Shown: one piece after another, positions 37,136 to 51,447 of the stretch
How the letters are laid out: every line of letters starts with the position of its first letter
How positions within the stretch are numbered: the stretch's first letter is position 1
Source: Antedon mediterranea
Lineage: Eukaryota > Animalia > Echinodermata
Assembly: GCF_964355755.1 (NCBI RefSeq)
Contig: NC_092677.1
Span: 23,671,175 to 23,735,174, forward strand
Length of the DNA stretch: 64,000 nucleotides
Direction: 5' to 3'
Notes under the pieces: generated by a model
The model's database searches: none
Told to the model about the DNA's origin: nothing
What the model saw: the letters and a program-made list of their open reading frames with translations, nothing else
Program-made: the position numbers and the translations under genes

Positions 37136-38345
37136 GTAATGTATTATTTTATATAAAACACAATAAAATGTCTTTAGAATATACATGTTTTAAATAATAG
37201 GGAGTTTCAAATGAAAATAAAGAGCTTTGGCAAAATAACATACTTTGTTTATGTAAGAATATTATATTAGTAAGAAACTAATATTAAACTGTATTCATAA
37301 TTTGATGTTGTGATTAATATCAAATTTGATGAATTTTTTGTCATAAATATCATATATAATTATACTTTAGCTTTTACAAAGGTCAAAGGTTAAACAAAGC
37401 ACCAGTTTTTTTATTTTATCGATTCCCGCACAGGAAGCAATTTGCATAGTAATACCTGGCTGCTTTATCGTTTATTTTGGTCTTGCCCATTTCGGGTCAT
37501 TCAATGCTTCTGGCGAAGGTGATTAATCTCTATAAGAGACCACATTTATGACACCGAAAAAATTTGTACAGAAAGATGCTTGTCTGCTTTGCAATTGCGA
37601 AGCGATTGTTCTTGGTGTGAAGCAATAGCGTGACGAATACTTTTCACCTATTCTGTCTCGTTTGTTATTCTAATTCAGAATTTGAAATTCTAATTTCTAC
37701 AACTACTGTAGTAAATCGTAATTAGTGTGCTGTTGGCTATTCTAAAGATATTGTGTTTCTGAAAATAGATTTATCATTTACAAAATGTTTTTAAAACGAG
37801 TTGAAAGTTTGACATTAAAACCTCTACAGAGATGATTAAAAGCTAGTAAAAAAATAAAATTAGTTTTAAAAATGATAAAAAAGACTTTCCATACAATTGT
37901 TGACGTTTTGTAAATATAATGCATATATTACTTTAAAAACATTAAACCATGAGATCATTACTTGTGTTAAATTGATGTTTTATGGTTAATGACGATAAAA
38001 AGAGGAAAACAATGCACTACCTATTAAGTAACTTGCGTCGTATGTCCTTTTGTGGACAATTTTGGGCCAGGCTTAGTTTTGTAGACCTAGCTGGTAAACA
38101 TCGGTACCGTACCAACATCGTATGCTACTGTAGCATAAGGCCTAGCCTGGAGTTGTCTAGTTGCTGTATTAATTGGACAAAGAGAAATATAAAGTTTTAA
38201 CGTTTTAGTACTTGTCTTCATGCAGTAGGACACCCATATTAAGGGCACATTTGGTTTGGCCCTGAAGGTGTCCCTTTAATAGCAATTCTCCTGTAGTTTG
38301 AAAAATCAACTAATAAGATTTGTTTTATATTGTATGTATCAACAG

Positions 38346-38433
38346 GTGCATGGTATTATACGACGGTCTAGTTCCTTCAACACAGGCCGAATCCAACACT
38401 TGTACAAAGATCCTGCTACACACAAATCTGGAG
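38346..38433 (+). CDS. GMDS: GDP-mannose 4,6-dehydratase, exon 3
   Basis: aacag|[29 protein letters not shown]|gttag; 88 nt. Confidence 0.95.
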
Positions 38434-40224
38434 GTTAGTAGGCAACAATAATCAGTGGCATACGGTGAAAAATCTATGTGTGATTAAAATGGAAGCTTTC
38501 AATTATTCCTAACCAACACATGTAACTCAACACTTGTATGGGCAGCCATTAGGGCCTAAATAAAGAAAATAGTGAATCATTTTATTCCTTATGATGATAT
38601 TTTTGTCTTTACGCCAACATTCAAACGTGTTTGTGTTTATTCAATTCAACAAACATTTATTTACAAAGAAACAGCATCAGTTAGTTTTATTCATCAGCAC
38701 AACATTATTTAACATACAGTAACCACACACCATCCCCTCAAAGTGCCTCAACTCTGTAATATTAATTTAAATCTCATGTTTTGCTAGTGATATTAACTAA
38801 ACCCCTTTTTGGTACCTAAACATCGTTATTACTCTTTGCTGGTTGACAAGTATCATAAGATGAGATATGATGATTTGATAGTTTGTGCTAAATGTCATTT
38901 ATTACATTACCATTCTCTATAATAGTATAACGTTCATTTTTAAAAGTACTGTAGTAATCTGTACAGTTTATTTCTTCATTACTGTTTAAAAGAAATAGAA
39001 TAGGACAACAATATTTAAAGTGCTGACCACTGAAAGATAAAAACATAATTTTTAGAATTATTTCTCATTTCTGTACCCTTTGATCTGAGAGATGTTCATA
39101 ATTAATAAGGTTAGTAAAATCATACCCTCTATTAAAAAGTATTTATGATTAAAAAGTGTTTAATAAATAATCCCCTAGTTAAAACTGTGTACAATCTGTA
39201 TGCACAAACCTAGTAAAGAAAATTAAATTGTTCAATTATTAATTTATTAATTATTAATCCGTCTTTTACCATAAACTTTTTTTTATTTAACTGTAATTTA
39301 GAAAATTTCTGTTAAATAAAATGTTTGTAATTGAGAAGTACATAATGAGAAGCCAGACAGTACTAACTTACACTAGGGTTTGGTCAACCAATAAAAACCA
39401 CATAATGCAGAGTCTTAGAATTTTAAGATAAAACTTTATCTTTGGTTCCTGGAATGTTCTAAACATGTAAATGTTGTTCGCACACCCCATGATTATCATC
39501 AAATAAACTCCATTTACTCTACTATCAACCTTATTACACTACACAGAATTGTCTAAATTTATTATCTCCGATTGTTTAGATAAAAAAAAAATGTTTGTAA
39601 CATTATTTATACTGTATAAACAATAAACAACAATGTTAACAAAACCTAATGTATTTTGATGATACTGAAGTATATTTAAAACAAAATGAATAATTGATAT
39701 TATTTCTGCTTGATACATTTATTCATTTTAGCAATTGAATAAAATCATAAATTTTAAATTTATTTAATTTGTATGCTATTCCTGTCCAATAATATTACCA
39801 GCCGCTATCTGTGTAGTTAATGTAAATTTCAAGGACCATATGCTATCATTTATTAACATTGTTTGTATGCTTTAGGCATCTATATCAGTATGACAACTGG
39901 TCTGTCATTTAAATAATGACGTTATTCCACTGTCAACTTCTTTTGAACCATAATTTGACCTGAATTTTTCCCAGTCAATTTGGACCATCTCATTCTCAGG
40001 TTTTACTGTAGTAAAAAGTATATAGTATATATCTTGCACTACAGTAGTGTTGTTCCACCGTACCACGCCAAGAGCGTTACAGAGTCCTACCTATTTTACC
40101 ATACTGTGAATGCCCAAGTGGTATAATGGCAGGATGTCAGAAGAAGATTTCAACTTCAAATCATGGTTATAATGACTTTTGCTCATTCTCACAGATTCTC
40201 TCATCATTACAGTGTTTCAAAATA

Positions 40225-40368
40225 CAGTAAAAACTCTCCCAATTCCGGACTTTTCTGAGGTCCCAAATTCTTTTTTACCATTATAAACACATTCTGAATC
40301 CTAGACTTTCCAGAAAACCAGACATATTCCAGCCCAAAGGAGGTGTCCGGTATAGGAAGAGTTGACTG
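40225..40368. mobile_element. TA-flanked Tc1/Tigger-like MITE with CAGT termini
   Basis: TA|CAGTAAAAACTCTCCCAATTCCGGAC ... GTCCGGTATAGGAAGAGTTGACTG|TA. Confidence 0.75.
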
Positions 40369-41637
40369 TATTATACATTTTTTTTTAGAAAGATAGAAAT
40401 TAAATTAAAATTAAAATTTTTGTTAACTGTTTTGAAATTCTTATTTGAGCTGACTGTTCTCCAGTCTATTTGCACTACTTCAAATTATTTGTTGACAATT
40501 AGAAAATGTAAATTTAGCATTTTAACTAGTACAGGTGATTTATATGAATTGTTGTGTGTATATTTTTAATTCTTCTCCATCTTGAGGTTAATTTTTGTAC
40601 AGTGTGTTAAATAGAAATTAGATTTTATTAGTTATAATCATGTTGTCAATTGTATGACCCACTATACTGTACAACCCGTGGGAGAGGTGTGTCATTTACA
40701 AATACTTATTGACAATTTAATAAAATCATAAATTTTATTAAAAGATGTGTAAAAAAACCTAGATTGTATAGAGTATCACGGTGCTGACGTCACGACGGTA
40801 GGTGGTGCTGCGTGGTTGCTAGCGCAACCAAAAATGCGTCAGCCTGCCTGAGTGACTCCAAGATCACCAATGGTTTGGAATTGGCTTATTGAAATAGTCA
40901 TTTTAAAACTTAATAATTTTCAATAAAACAAACTAAAATTTCAAAAGATCACTAAATATTTGTTTTTTAATAATCTATTTATTCTTCAACTACAGTTAAA
41001 GTTTAAAAAAATCAAGCTAAGGTAGATAATTTGATAGAAATACAGATCTTCACTGTTTATCAACATAGTAGCGCTGAACGCATTTTTTGGTTGTCACTTT
41101 TTAACGCAGGGATGCGTCATTGTATTCATAAAGCCGATTTTTCACTAGGAGAATTTGTTCCCGCGAATCGAAGGATTTTTAGGCTTACATTTATTTTGTT
41201 TATTAATATTTGGATATTAAATTATCTACGTATTATTACTTTAGGTTTTTAAAATTTTTTATCATCAACAGATTTCTCAATAATGCCTCTGTTGTAAATG
41301 AAGATCAATTAAATATTCAGTATTTATGAAAATGACTTCTAGGTATTTTGTAGGCTAAGTGCATTTCACACCTGGTCGCCTATTAAAAACCAACAAAGCA
41401 TCTTTATACCACCGGATGTCATCTGACAGCGGTGTTTAGCAAAATAAATCAAAGATTTTTTACAAAGTAATACTGTAGGTCTTTTGTAATTGGTCATAAT
41501 TTTTTTTTTTTAAATAAGATTTATTATTTAAGATCTTTAAATATTTCTTATTTAATTCCTCCTTGCTTTATTGTTTCCATCTGAATTCTTTTTTAAAATT
41601 AAAAGCAATTAATGATAATTATAAACTCTGTCTACAC

Positions 41638-41859
41638 CAGCGTTCCTCAACCTTTTTTGACCGTGACCCATGATCCTATTTTTGGAATTCTCGCGACCCA
41701 AACAAAAAACAACTGTAGATTTAAAATCAGTGTTGTAGATTCTACAAAACTGAGAACATACAGTATCACATATAGATCAGTGTATAATTGATAACAAGTT
41801 TCAGTATCAAACAATTTCGCGACCCATCAATTTTTTTTTTCATAGGTTGCGAAACGGCG
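41638..41859. mobile_element. hAT-like MITE nested in an AGCTCTGTCTACAC element
   Basis: CAGCGTTCCTCAACCT ... AGGTTGCGAAACGGCG imperfect TIRs; internal GYGACCCA repeats; directly follows CTCTGTCTACAC. Confidence 0.55.
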
Positions 41860-43969
41860 GTTTATTTGGCCCAAAAAATGTGAATTGTCCATATATGTAG
41901 ATGACAAATTTCGTTTTTGTAAAAGCACAAGTTAACGGAGTACTTACTCGAACGTTTCGATCTCTATCAGAGATCCTTCTCAACTGACTGCGGAGTGTTA
42001 ATGCAGCTTGGTCATTCTTGACGTCGTCTGTTGATGACGTCGTACGCCTCCGGTTGTATGTTGGAGGTTGTCCATATATGAACATGATGATGTCATATCA
42101 CTACTATATTAGGGCATATAACTATCATATTTGGGCACATCACACTGTTTTTTTTTCCAAATTAGTTTGATAGTGAAAACAGAGCTTAAGAGCATTTAAT
42201 CCTTACTGTACTGTATATGGACATAAGTAGACCTATATTGGTTGTCTATTTTTCATGTCAAAAATCTGTTGCATTTTGTATTAAAAGCAGGCACCTTTTG
42301 ACCATAAATTATGATTTTTTTGTACTTTTCTTACACTTCCATGTAAAGGCAAAACATTATTCTCCTGCATTTTTTTTTTCTATGCTAATTTTCTCCGTCC
42401 ATTTAGCAAGATTATTTTGAATGGCCTAATCATAAACATTTAAATCATTAGTTACGGTATTACAATTAAAAAAATGTTGTAACTGCAGTAGAATAATCTT
42501 AACATGATCCCTAAATATTTTTTCCACTCAGTTCTTAAAATATTATTTATATATTCTTATATTATTCATTAAATTATAAATATTTTTAAACATTTGTGTA
42601 TTTGCAAAAAAAAATTCTGTTAAAATTGAATAGTAATCTATCATAGTTGTCTAAAAATAAATTTTTATTTTTTCTTTTCACGTAAAAATATAATTAGGTT
42701 TAAAATATTTTTACACTAAATAAATAATTGATGTTGTGAATTGGACATTTTATCTGTTTACAACTTATCTTATTTTACATTTAATATTAAAATTTAAATA
42801 TATATTTCAAACTAATTTTAAATTGAATTATATTATAGTTTGTTAACACTATCACTATGATACTTAGTATTGTATATTAGGAACAGCCGCGCTCTTCCTT
42901 ATATCTTATTCTTATTAACACAAAATTATTTATACTATGACTAACAAACATTACTATTTATATGCCTAGTGTGTAAACATTATTGACATAATTTCATTAA
43001 ACATCCACATACAGTACAACTCTTCTTAACAAACTTTTTTTCAATCTTCTATCTACTAAAAGTCGTTGTTAGTCATGTCTCGGGTCACATTCTATGGTCA
43101 CCGTACAGATAGGCTAGTACATCAGTACTTCTATGAATGAATGACTAGTTGGTGACAAGAATGCTAGTTGGTCATACCCAGTACCGTTTTGATTTTACGA
43201 TCATTTGGGAAACCACCTCAGGAATAAAACAAAATATAACATAATAATTAATATACAATGAAGTTAATCATATTACAAAATTTGCAGATGGAAAACAAAG
43301 AGGTTAATTCATGAGTGGAGTGCAGTTGTGTCTTTTTTCATGTTTAATATTAAAATTTAAATATTTATTTCAGACAAAATTTAAATGTAACTACTGTATT
43401 TGTTTTTCTCTGTTTACAAGTGTGTAATGTTAGGATATACAGTATAATAATTATAACAATTTTATATACAAATATTAAAATAAATATATTAATTATTAGA
43501 TAACATTCGTCTCTATTTATTTGTTTATTTGAAGTTTACATTATTTAAAAATGTTCAGGAGGAAAACAAAGAGTGGAGTTGTGGCGTGGTGGTTATTATG
43601 CTTGCCAAGTCCTGTCATATGTTTTCTAATGACAAATTATAAGTCCACTCCAAAAGACTTGTAATAAGACTTTGTTTATATAGAGCATCTAGTGCATGAT
43701 TGTGAACAAGATTGCCACATTTAAGAAGGATAATATTGTAGGATAGAATAGGATAATAGTTCATAGTATGCACTATTGAACGGTCGTTCAGTAGTACTAA
43801 ACTTTTTCTTGTATGGAAAAAATTTACGACCATTAGTGTAATTTTGAACGTAAAATCCAACACCGCCGCCTATTTTTTAAAACAATAATAACAAATATTG
43901 AGACATTGAACTCCCGTTTCATTCATTATTTGTATACTAAAAATCATGTGTGGTTTTTATCTTCTATAG

Positions 43970-44079
43970 CTATGAAGCTTCATTACGGTGATTTGACAGA
44001 TAGTACATGTCTTGTGAAGATCATTAGCCAAGTGCAGCCAGACGAGATCTATAATCTAGGTGCACAGAGCCATGTTAAG
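43970..44079 (+). CDS. GMDS: GDP-mannose 4,6-dehydratase, exon 4
   Basis: ctatag|(A)MKLHYGDLTDSTCLVKIISQVQPDEIYNLGAQSHVK|gtgat; 110 nt. Confidence 0.95.
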
Positions 44080-45263
44080 GTGATTGCGCATTCATTACAA
44101 TTTGCGACTGGCACTGCACATCATGCCACCTCTCCGTATAAGGCATTGTTTTTCACAATTGTGGTGTTGTGGTTAAACGATAACAGGATTGATGGCATTA
44201 CATAAGAACCGTATACAAAGGGACATGTGTTTAAAGTTATTTTGAATTTTTCCCAAGCCATTTCTTTTATTTACCCAAAATAAATCATAAACATGGTAAA
44301 TAAATTTCCATATCCCCATGATCTATACATAAAATATGTAAATAAAATATAATATATATCATGGGAAGGGCTAAAAATCATCCCCTAAAAATTGAATAAT
44401 ACATACTTAAATAGAAGGGATAACACTTAAATATACTTTATATAGATTTGTCCCCCAAAAACATGAAAAATAAAGATTAATAAAATCAGACTTTGAATAG
44501 GCCATTTTTTAGTTTTAATAAAGATATATTCACTTCTGTAGACGAAAAAGAAAATAATAATTGTTTCACTTAATAAAAAGTGATCCAGTTTTTGGTCAAA
44601 ATGAATAACTATTATGTTACATTAAAATGGCAAAAAAAGATAAAAATTATTTTTTTAGGGGGACAATATATCTTATAATAAAACAATATTAAAACGCTAG
44701 GATAATTAAATAAATGACAATAAAAAATATTAATTAATACAAATATTTCATTCAAAAGTTTCCAAGTTCACCCATTATTGAATATTACAGCGTGTTATCA
44801 CTGGATGGTTAATAATAATAGTTTCTCTCATACACATACTTGACATTGCAATTTTTATCCTAACAGATTAGGATGATAAGCCTACTCTACACAGAGTGAA
44901 GATTTGTTTGTGTGTGCAATGAACAGATTTATTGAGAACATGAGAGTGGAGTGTTGCGGAATGATTTAATGTATAGATTGATAGGGGATATGGAAACGAT
45001 CATTTTAATAGCAACTACTGTACAGTATCTAATAGATACTGTGAATTCTATAGATTAGTGTTAACATAATGGGATGGAGGTAATTTTGCAACGTTCTAGA
45101 GTACGTTTACAAGGTCGTTACACATGCGTCAAAGAGGAAACAAATGTTATTGATAACTTTTCTTTTTTTTTATAACAGTTTCTTGTCAAATTGATGGCCA
45201 AATTCTGAATTCTGATAGACCTGTTTGTGAAATTGGTTTAAGAAATACATTATTTTAGTTTAA

Positions 45264-45332
45264 GGACGTGTGGCGCAGTGTTGGACGTTGAACTACTGAT
45301 TGTGAGATCGAGGTTCGAATCCAACTCTAGCC
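45264..45332 (+). mobile_element. tRNA-derived SINE head
   Basis: A box TGGCGCAGTGTTGG (45271) and B box GGTTCGAATCC (45312), without a complete cloverleaf. Confidence 0.6.
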
Positions 45333-48300
45333 GCAACATTCAGCTCTCCCTAGAGATGCACTGGTTTCAAGTACACACATGAGTGTACAGTGACAAGCCA
45401 GATTTATACACGGGGCCTCCATTTTTAAGTCTTGTCTGAAAAGACTTGTTCTACCACTAGAACTGTTTCTATTTGATGGGTGTGGTCTTCGACACCTCTT
45501 AGGCAGACTATCTTTAAGGTCCTGATCGAGCACTGATTAGCTTTGTTTGAACCTAACATTGAAGATAATCAGATATCAGTGTCTCCAATTTTTGTAAGAC
45601 ATTTGATTCTATTAGTGTGGGTGTCAGGTGGTGCAGATATACAGTAATGAAATAAATGTGAGTGGAATAATGCCAGAAAAAGAATGAAAAAGAGAATGAA
45701 ATTAGACCAGTCGCAAAAATAAACCAAGCTACAATAGAGACGACACCCCTTTCCTGTAGTTTTTTTACTTCCAAATAAATGTTCTTGGTTCCTTATTTGC
45801 TGCTTTCTGTGCTCGATTTCTGCTTAATTTATACACTTTATCAATAATTCTCCCCCCCCCCTTTTTTTTTCATTTGTTTTTTTTATGAAATATTATTATC
45901 GCATATAATGTAATCAAAACATCTTTACCCTATTTATTTTTTCATAAATTGTTATTATGTCACTTTATTTTATGTTTCAGGCTTGCCCAACACAAGTCCT
46001 CCTTCATCGGGATCAAGCCTTCTTTCAATGTTACTTTGTCATATTATGTATCTCCTTTTATTTTGTTACTGTCATTGAAAGTAAATAAATGTTTAACAAG
46101 GCCAACAGCCATAAGTCGCGTGCTAATAAAACGCATAGTGATACCTGACCGACAGACCGACATAGTGAACTATAGATTCGCGTCCACGCGACTAAAAATG
46201 CTTTAACACTACAGTACGTTTAAACCTCCAATATTAAGACACCCTATAATTTCTTTGGTCCTAAAGTGTACCTGTTTGTAGTGACACTATGAACACATCG
46301 TATCATATGTGAGATATATATCCCTTCAATAGTATTTAACTTTAAGTCAATTAAAATTTTAACGGTTTTCCTATTTTAGTAAATTCTTTTAATGATAAGT
46401 CGTTCCTCTCCCTAAACCAATGCTTACCAATCCTAGTATTATGTGTTAAAATCTTTTTTCATTATCAGAATTTTGTTCTAGCCACGTAATGAGAAACCCT
46501 GGCTTTAATTCTTATCGGATAAATACACACTATCGGATGTGTGCTGAAGTCATTATATTTCTTATAATACGTAGGCGTTTTTTAACTGATATTTGTAACG
46601 ACTAACGACATGCAAATACTATAATTTGAACCGACAAACGATTTATATCATTGCGACTAAACAAACATAAATCATTGGAAATAAAATTTAAATATACCAA
46701 TGGATCTACTCAACAATTAATACAGAAACGACTTTAAAGTAAATATTTGAATGATATATCAAGTATTCAAGGTATCTGTCTAATTCAGCAATCTGAAAAA
46801 TTATATAAATTATATAGTATTGTAGATTAAAAGATGTTTTTCATAATTTATGTCATTTAGATTAAGTTTAATGATATTTCGACGTATTGCTTCATTAAAT
46901 TATAAACCTTTAGAGTATATAAAGATGGTCCCTGGTGTTTGATTACTAAAGACACTCAACTAAGTTCCGGTGTTAAATTATTTCTTTACAGACCACTTCC
47001 TTGATAGAAATACCGTAATACGAGGATTAACATATGGGTAATGATGTTATTGACAACTTAAAAAACATGTGGAAACATTAATAATGTGTTAATTGGTATT
47101 TGAACCCTGATGTACGCCTAACAAGGGTACTTGTTTACCGACATGTGTATAAACCCACCCTCCATAGGATACAATTTTGTATCCCATCCTAAATTTGGCA
47201 AAATTATTATTTTTATTTGATATCTGGTGATTTTTAGTACAAAGTCAATATTTTGCCAATCTGATTTTTGATGGTTCAACAATAAACCGTCAAGTGAGAA
47301 AAACGCAAGAAAAACGAACTAAATGCTCTACATAGACGTACAACATTCTGAGTTTATCCAAAATGTATTTACTGTATATAGTGTTTGAACCCAGATGTAT
47401 GCCTAGCATAATCGGTACTTGTCTAACACATGTTTTAACTCTTCGGGATACAGTATCCCACCCTATATGTGGCATGATTTGATTTAAGGTTATATGTGAG
47501 GAGAGACTACTTGACCGGGTGGAGAGTCTCTTGACTGTGTGGAGATCTTCTTAACTTTATGGAAAGTATTTCAAGTGTTAAAGTTACTCATTTCATTTTT
47601 GCTATTTTGTAAATATATATAAATAATAACAGTACTGTAGATAAAATTGATGTTTTCTGTTTAAACATAGCTTTTAAAGCTCATTTAACCCCATACCCCT
47701 TCACATTAAGCATGTTGTTTTGCAATAAAACGGTTTTAATACTGTTGTATACTGTTTGTGTAAACACTGTATACCAGTGTTTAGGGTTGACACCATTCAC
47801 ATTCAGTTCCTGGTGTGTCCTTGAATCAGTCAGTTGTTAAACCCCAGTGTTTCAAACTATGAAGTTGTTTTATTTTTTAAATCACCCCAAACAATTAAAT
47901 GGTTGTGCTAAAGCTTCAGTGTGGAACTTCCAGAGTGCCTCCATTTTTTTTCTAGGCGATGTGATATAGGTACAATAATGCATTACAAATCCTTGGGCTG
48001 GCCCAAAAAAAGCCAAGATGCAAATAGAGTAGGAAAAACTATGCAAGCTTTCAGGTCCTATTTGTTGTTATTTTTTTGTAATAAGTTATAAGGTATAACA
48101 TTGTGTGTTACAACCACGTACCCTATTCAGTCATGCATACCATTGCGATCCGATTGATTTGGTTATAAACCAGTGGTTGTATTTATAATTTTGTTCATAT
48201 AACTTGAATATTGTTACCTGAAAGCTCTGCAATTTATTTCTAGCTGTTTACTTTATCGTTCTGATTTAGCTTTTGAATTATTTGATTTGTATAGCCTCTC

Positions 48301-48511
48301 ATAATTTGCCTTTGGATTTATTACTTGCGTTTCTTATTTATTTGAAGCTTACTGTTTAAAGATTATCTCTAAAATATTAATCCACGGTTCTCAAACTTTT
48401 GATTATAATATAGAGGGCAGTATACTATTTTGTTGGAAATACTGGAGAAATAACATAGGCCTACATTATTATTGGATCTACCTCATAATATTGAAACTTT
48501 TTATATTACAG

Positions 48512-48704
48512 GTTTCTTTTGATATGGGAGAATATACAGCAAATGTAGATGGTGTTGGGACACTTCGTCTTCTTGACGCTGTACGGACATGTGGTCTTGA
48601 TCAGAAAGTACGGTTCTACCAAGCATCTACAAGTGAGATGTACGGCAAAGTTCAGGAGATTCCACAAAAGGAGACGACACCATTCTATCCACGTTCTCCC
48701 TATG
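48512..48704 (+). CDS. GMDS: GDP-mannose 4,6-dehydratase, exon 5
   Basis: ttacag|[64 protein letters not shown]|gtaag; 193 nt. Confidence 0.97.
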
Positions 48705-49364
48705 GTAAGTTTATGTACTATTCAAAGTAAATAATTTAATTAAAAGCAGTATGACATGGAAGGTGACCAAAGTAAGTTGTAAGTAAGTAAGTCATATTTA
48801 GTAATCATAAATTTTCACGTCTTAGTTTGAATACCCAGACAGGCGAGAAAACTACTGTAAGAAAACAGTATTTGAATTCCAAATGAATGCTAACTATGCC
48901 TTTAGGTTTAAAATCTTGTTTAAACCTAAAGGGGAACAACCAGTATATACAGTAGACTATAAAATATTTGACATTTATCTGTACGTTGGTTCCCTCCGTG
49001 AATTAAATAAAAGTACAAATAAATTTACAAATTAAACATGTAACCATATTTTCCTATCAACTATACTCAATTCATTAATACAAAATGCATTAAATAAAAA
49101 AAAAAATTGAATTGAAGGTGTATAATCGGCAGTAACAATGCAACCTTCTATTGTGGATCTATTGTATTGTATTGTAGATATAAACAAGTCCGCCCAACAT
49201 TGTTATCTGCCATCTACGAATGGTAGAGTCCATTATGGGTCGTTATTAGTCAGGCTGATATGTTGTGAATATCATATCTGATGTAATCGACTCCTAATGA
49301 AATCTTTTAAATTTACTTCTATTAATGATTTTGTATAAATATTTTGTATGCAAGTTAAATTTAA

Positions 49365-49709
49365 AGATGCATTTTCCCCCAAAAACATGAAAAATGAAGA
49401 TTAATTAAATCAGACTTTGAATAGGTTATTTTGTAGTTTTAATAAAGTTAATCACTTCCATAGAAAAAAAAATGGGAAAAAAAATGTTTACGCTTATAAA
49501 ATGACAAAGTAAATGGTTAATTTCAACCAAAAATCCATTGGCTGGCAGCCAATTTGACCATTTTTTGCTTTAAACTACATTTTTTCAGTTAAATACATTT
49601 GTTTTCGATCCAATTTTTGGTCAAAATGGATAACTATTATGTTACATTAAAATGGAATATTCAACAAACATTTTTTACAGAATTATTTTTTCAGGGGGAC
49701 AATACATCT
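49365..49709 (+). mobile_element. TTAA-flanked (Kolobok/T2-like) MITE
   Basis: TTAA|AGATGCATTTTCCCCC ... GGGGGACAATACATCT|TAAA; further copies at ~44440-44672 and ~60295-60580. Confidence 0.8.
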
Positions 49710-49963
49710 TAAAGGAATGTAATCTAACTTTTCCAATTTATACATTGTAAAGTCTCCCAATAATCATGGGTGCTTCCCTATATTTCATTGTCAAGAAAAA
49801 ATTTGTATTGTATATTAAATAATAACCTATTGTTTGAAACAAACATTCTTACTATTGAATGTTTGTTTCAAACACTTTCAAACAAGAATTTCAATTCTAT
49901 TCAATGTGGCTGCACATCGATATAAAAGTTGTAATTTAGACTTCAACTTTTCATTTCGCTTAA

Positions 49964-50220
49964 AGATGTATTGTCCGCTGAATTGGATCGAAAATAAAAG
50001 TATGTACCTAAAAAAAACTGTCATTTAAAGCAAAAAATGGTCAAATTGGCTGCCAGTCAATGGGTTTTGGTTGAATTTAACCATTTATTTTGTCATTTTA
50101 TAAGTGAAAACATTTTTTTTTCTACTGAAGTGATTAACTTTGTTAAAACTACAAAATAACATATTAAAAGTCTGATTTAATTAATCTTCATTTTTCATGT
50201 TTTTGAGGGACAATACATCT
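49964..50220 (-). mobile_element. TTAA-flanked (Kolobok/T2-like) MITE, inverted relative to 49365-49709
   Basis: TTAA|AGATGTATTGTCC ... GGACAATACATCT|TTAA; perfect TIR and TSD. Confidence 0.85.
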
Positions 50221-51146
50221 TTAAAACTTTTGAGAATTAAATCATGCCGTTAACAAATGGAGAAGAAGAACAAGAACGCTATCGTCAGAAACTTAAAAAT
50301 ACAGGTAAGAATGACGAATACCTGAAGAATTAAAATAATTGAATGAAGGAGAAAAGAAAGAATCTAACCACCGTCCAGTTGGTAAATCTACGAAGAGCAG
50401 AACGAGTTCGTCAAAGAAAGCCGTTACAAAAAGAGGAATTTCAGAATATGGCTATACAGAAGAATATTTGGTTACTGCTGTGTGGAGTGGTTAAAAAAAA
50501 GTACCTCTGAATTTGATAGCAAAACATAGTTCAGAGCTTTGATTGGACACAATCGTTTAACCAAGAGGTTAGGCAATTGTGCAGAGTTCAAGTCCTTTAA
50601 AACTCCTATCAATTGGCTTCTTCAATAGGGTAACTGTTGCGTGTCTAATATTAAAGGTTGAAGAATCTACTACAGTAATTCAGGAATCTGTAACTCTGCA
50701 ACAGTGTATTTGCAAGTTAAGTAAACATCTTCCAAAGTTCTGGAGATACCCACAAACATTCGAATCGTCCACACATTCATTAAAAGGAAACTGTCTCTGT
50801 TCTTTGTTGTTATATTTGTAATTTTTGTACAAATTCTGCAATTAAGCGTTTTATACTCCAAAGTATATTTTTTTATTGATTGATTGAATAAACATACCAA
50901 ATATATAAACACATCCTTTTACTGTAAAAAGCTGACGCTGATTCCTGTTAGGTCATTCAAGTTGACTTTGGAGAGAACTTTTCAATTATTGACCAAAATG
51001 AAATCCATATCTTGCTAGCTTGCTCATATCACGGCTTAGGGAATCTCAAATCCTACACTGTGACAAATTAACCCACGAAAAGACTATGAATCTTTTCCTA
51101 ACTTCTTCATAAAATATATTGTTCAGGTTTGCATGGCGAAATCAAA

Positions 51147-51335
51147 TGTTGATATAAAGTTTGCAGTACACCACGTATATTAGTTCTGAAAAGAACTGTT
51201 TCATGACGTTTCGATCAATATGCTTTGATCGTCAAGAGTGCTGAAGACGATCAAAGCATATAGATCGAAACGTCGAGAAGCTCAACAGTTCTTTTCAAAA
51301 CTATACATGGTGTACCGCAAACTTTATATCAACAT
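51147..51335. mobile_element. Palindromic Penelope-like fragment with a hammerhead core at 51241-51274
   Basis: Arms ATGTTGATATAAAGTTTGCAGTACACCA / TGGTGTACCGCAAACTTTATATCAACAT; core CTGAAGA-C-GATC-aaagcatata-GATC-GAAACGTC. Confidence 0.7.
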
Positions 51336-51447
51336 TAATCATAAAAGATGTAAAAGATTTATGCCCAGAACTTGACTGCCCTTTGTTCCGATGGATTAAA
51401 AATATAATGCAGTTCAAACATAAGCGAGCATTGATGCTTTTATTTAA

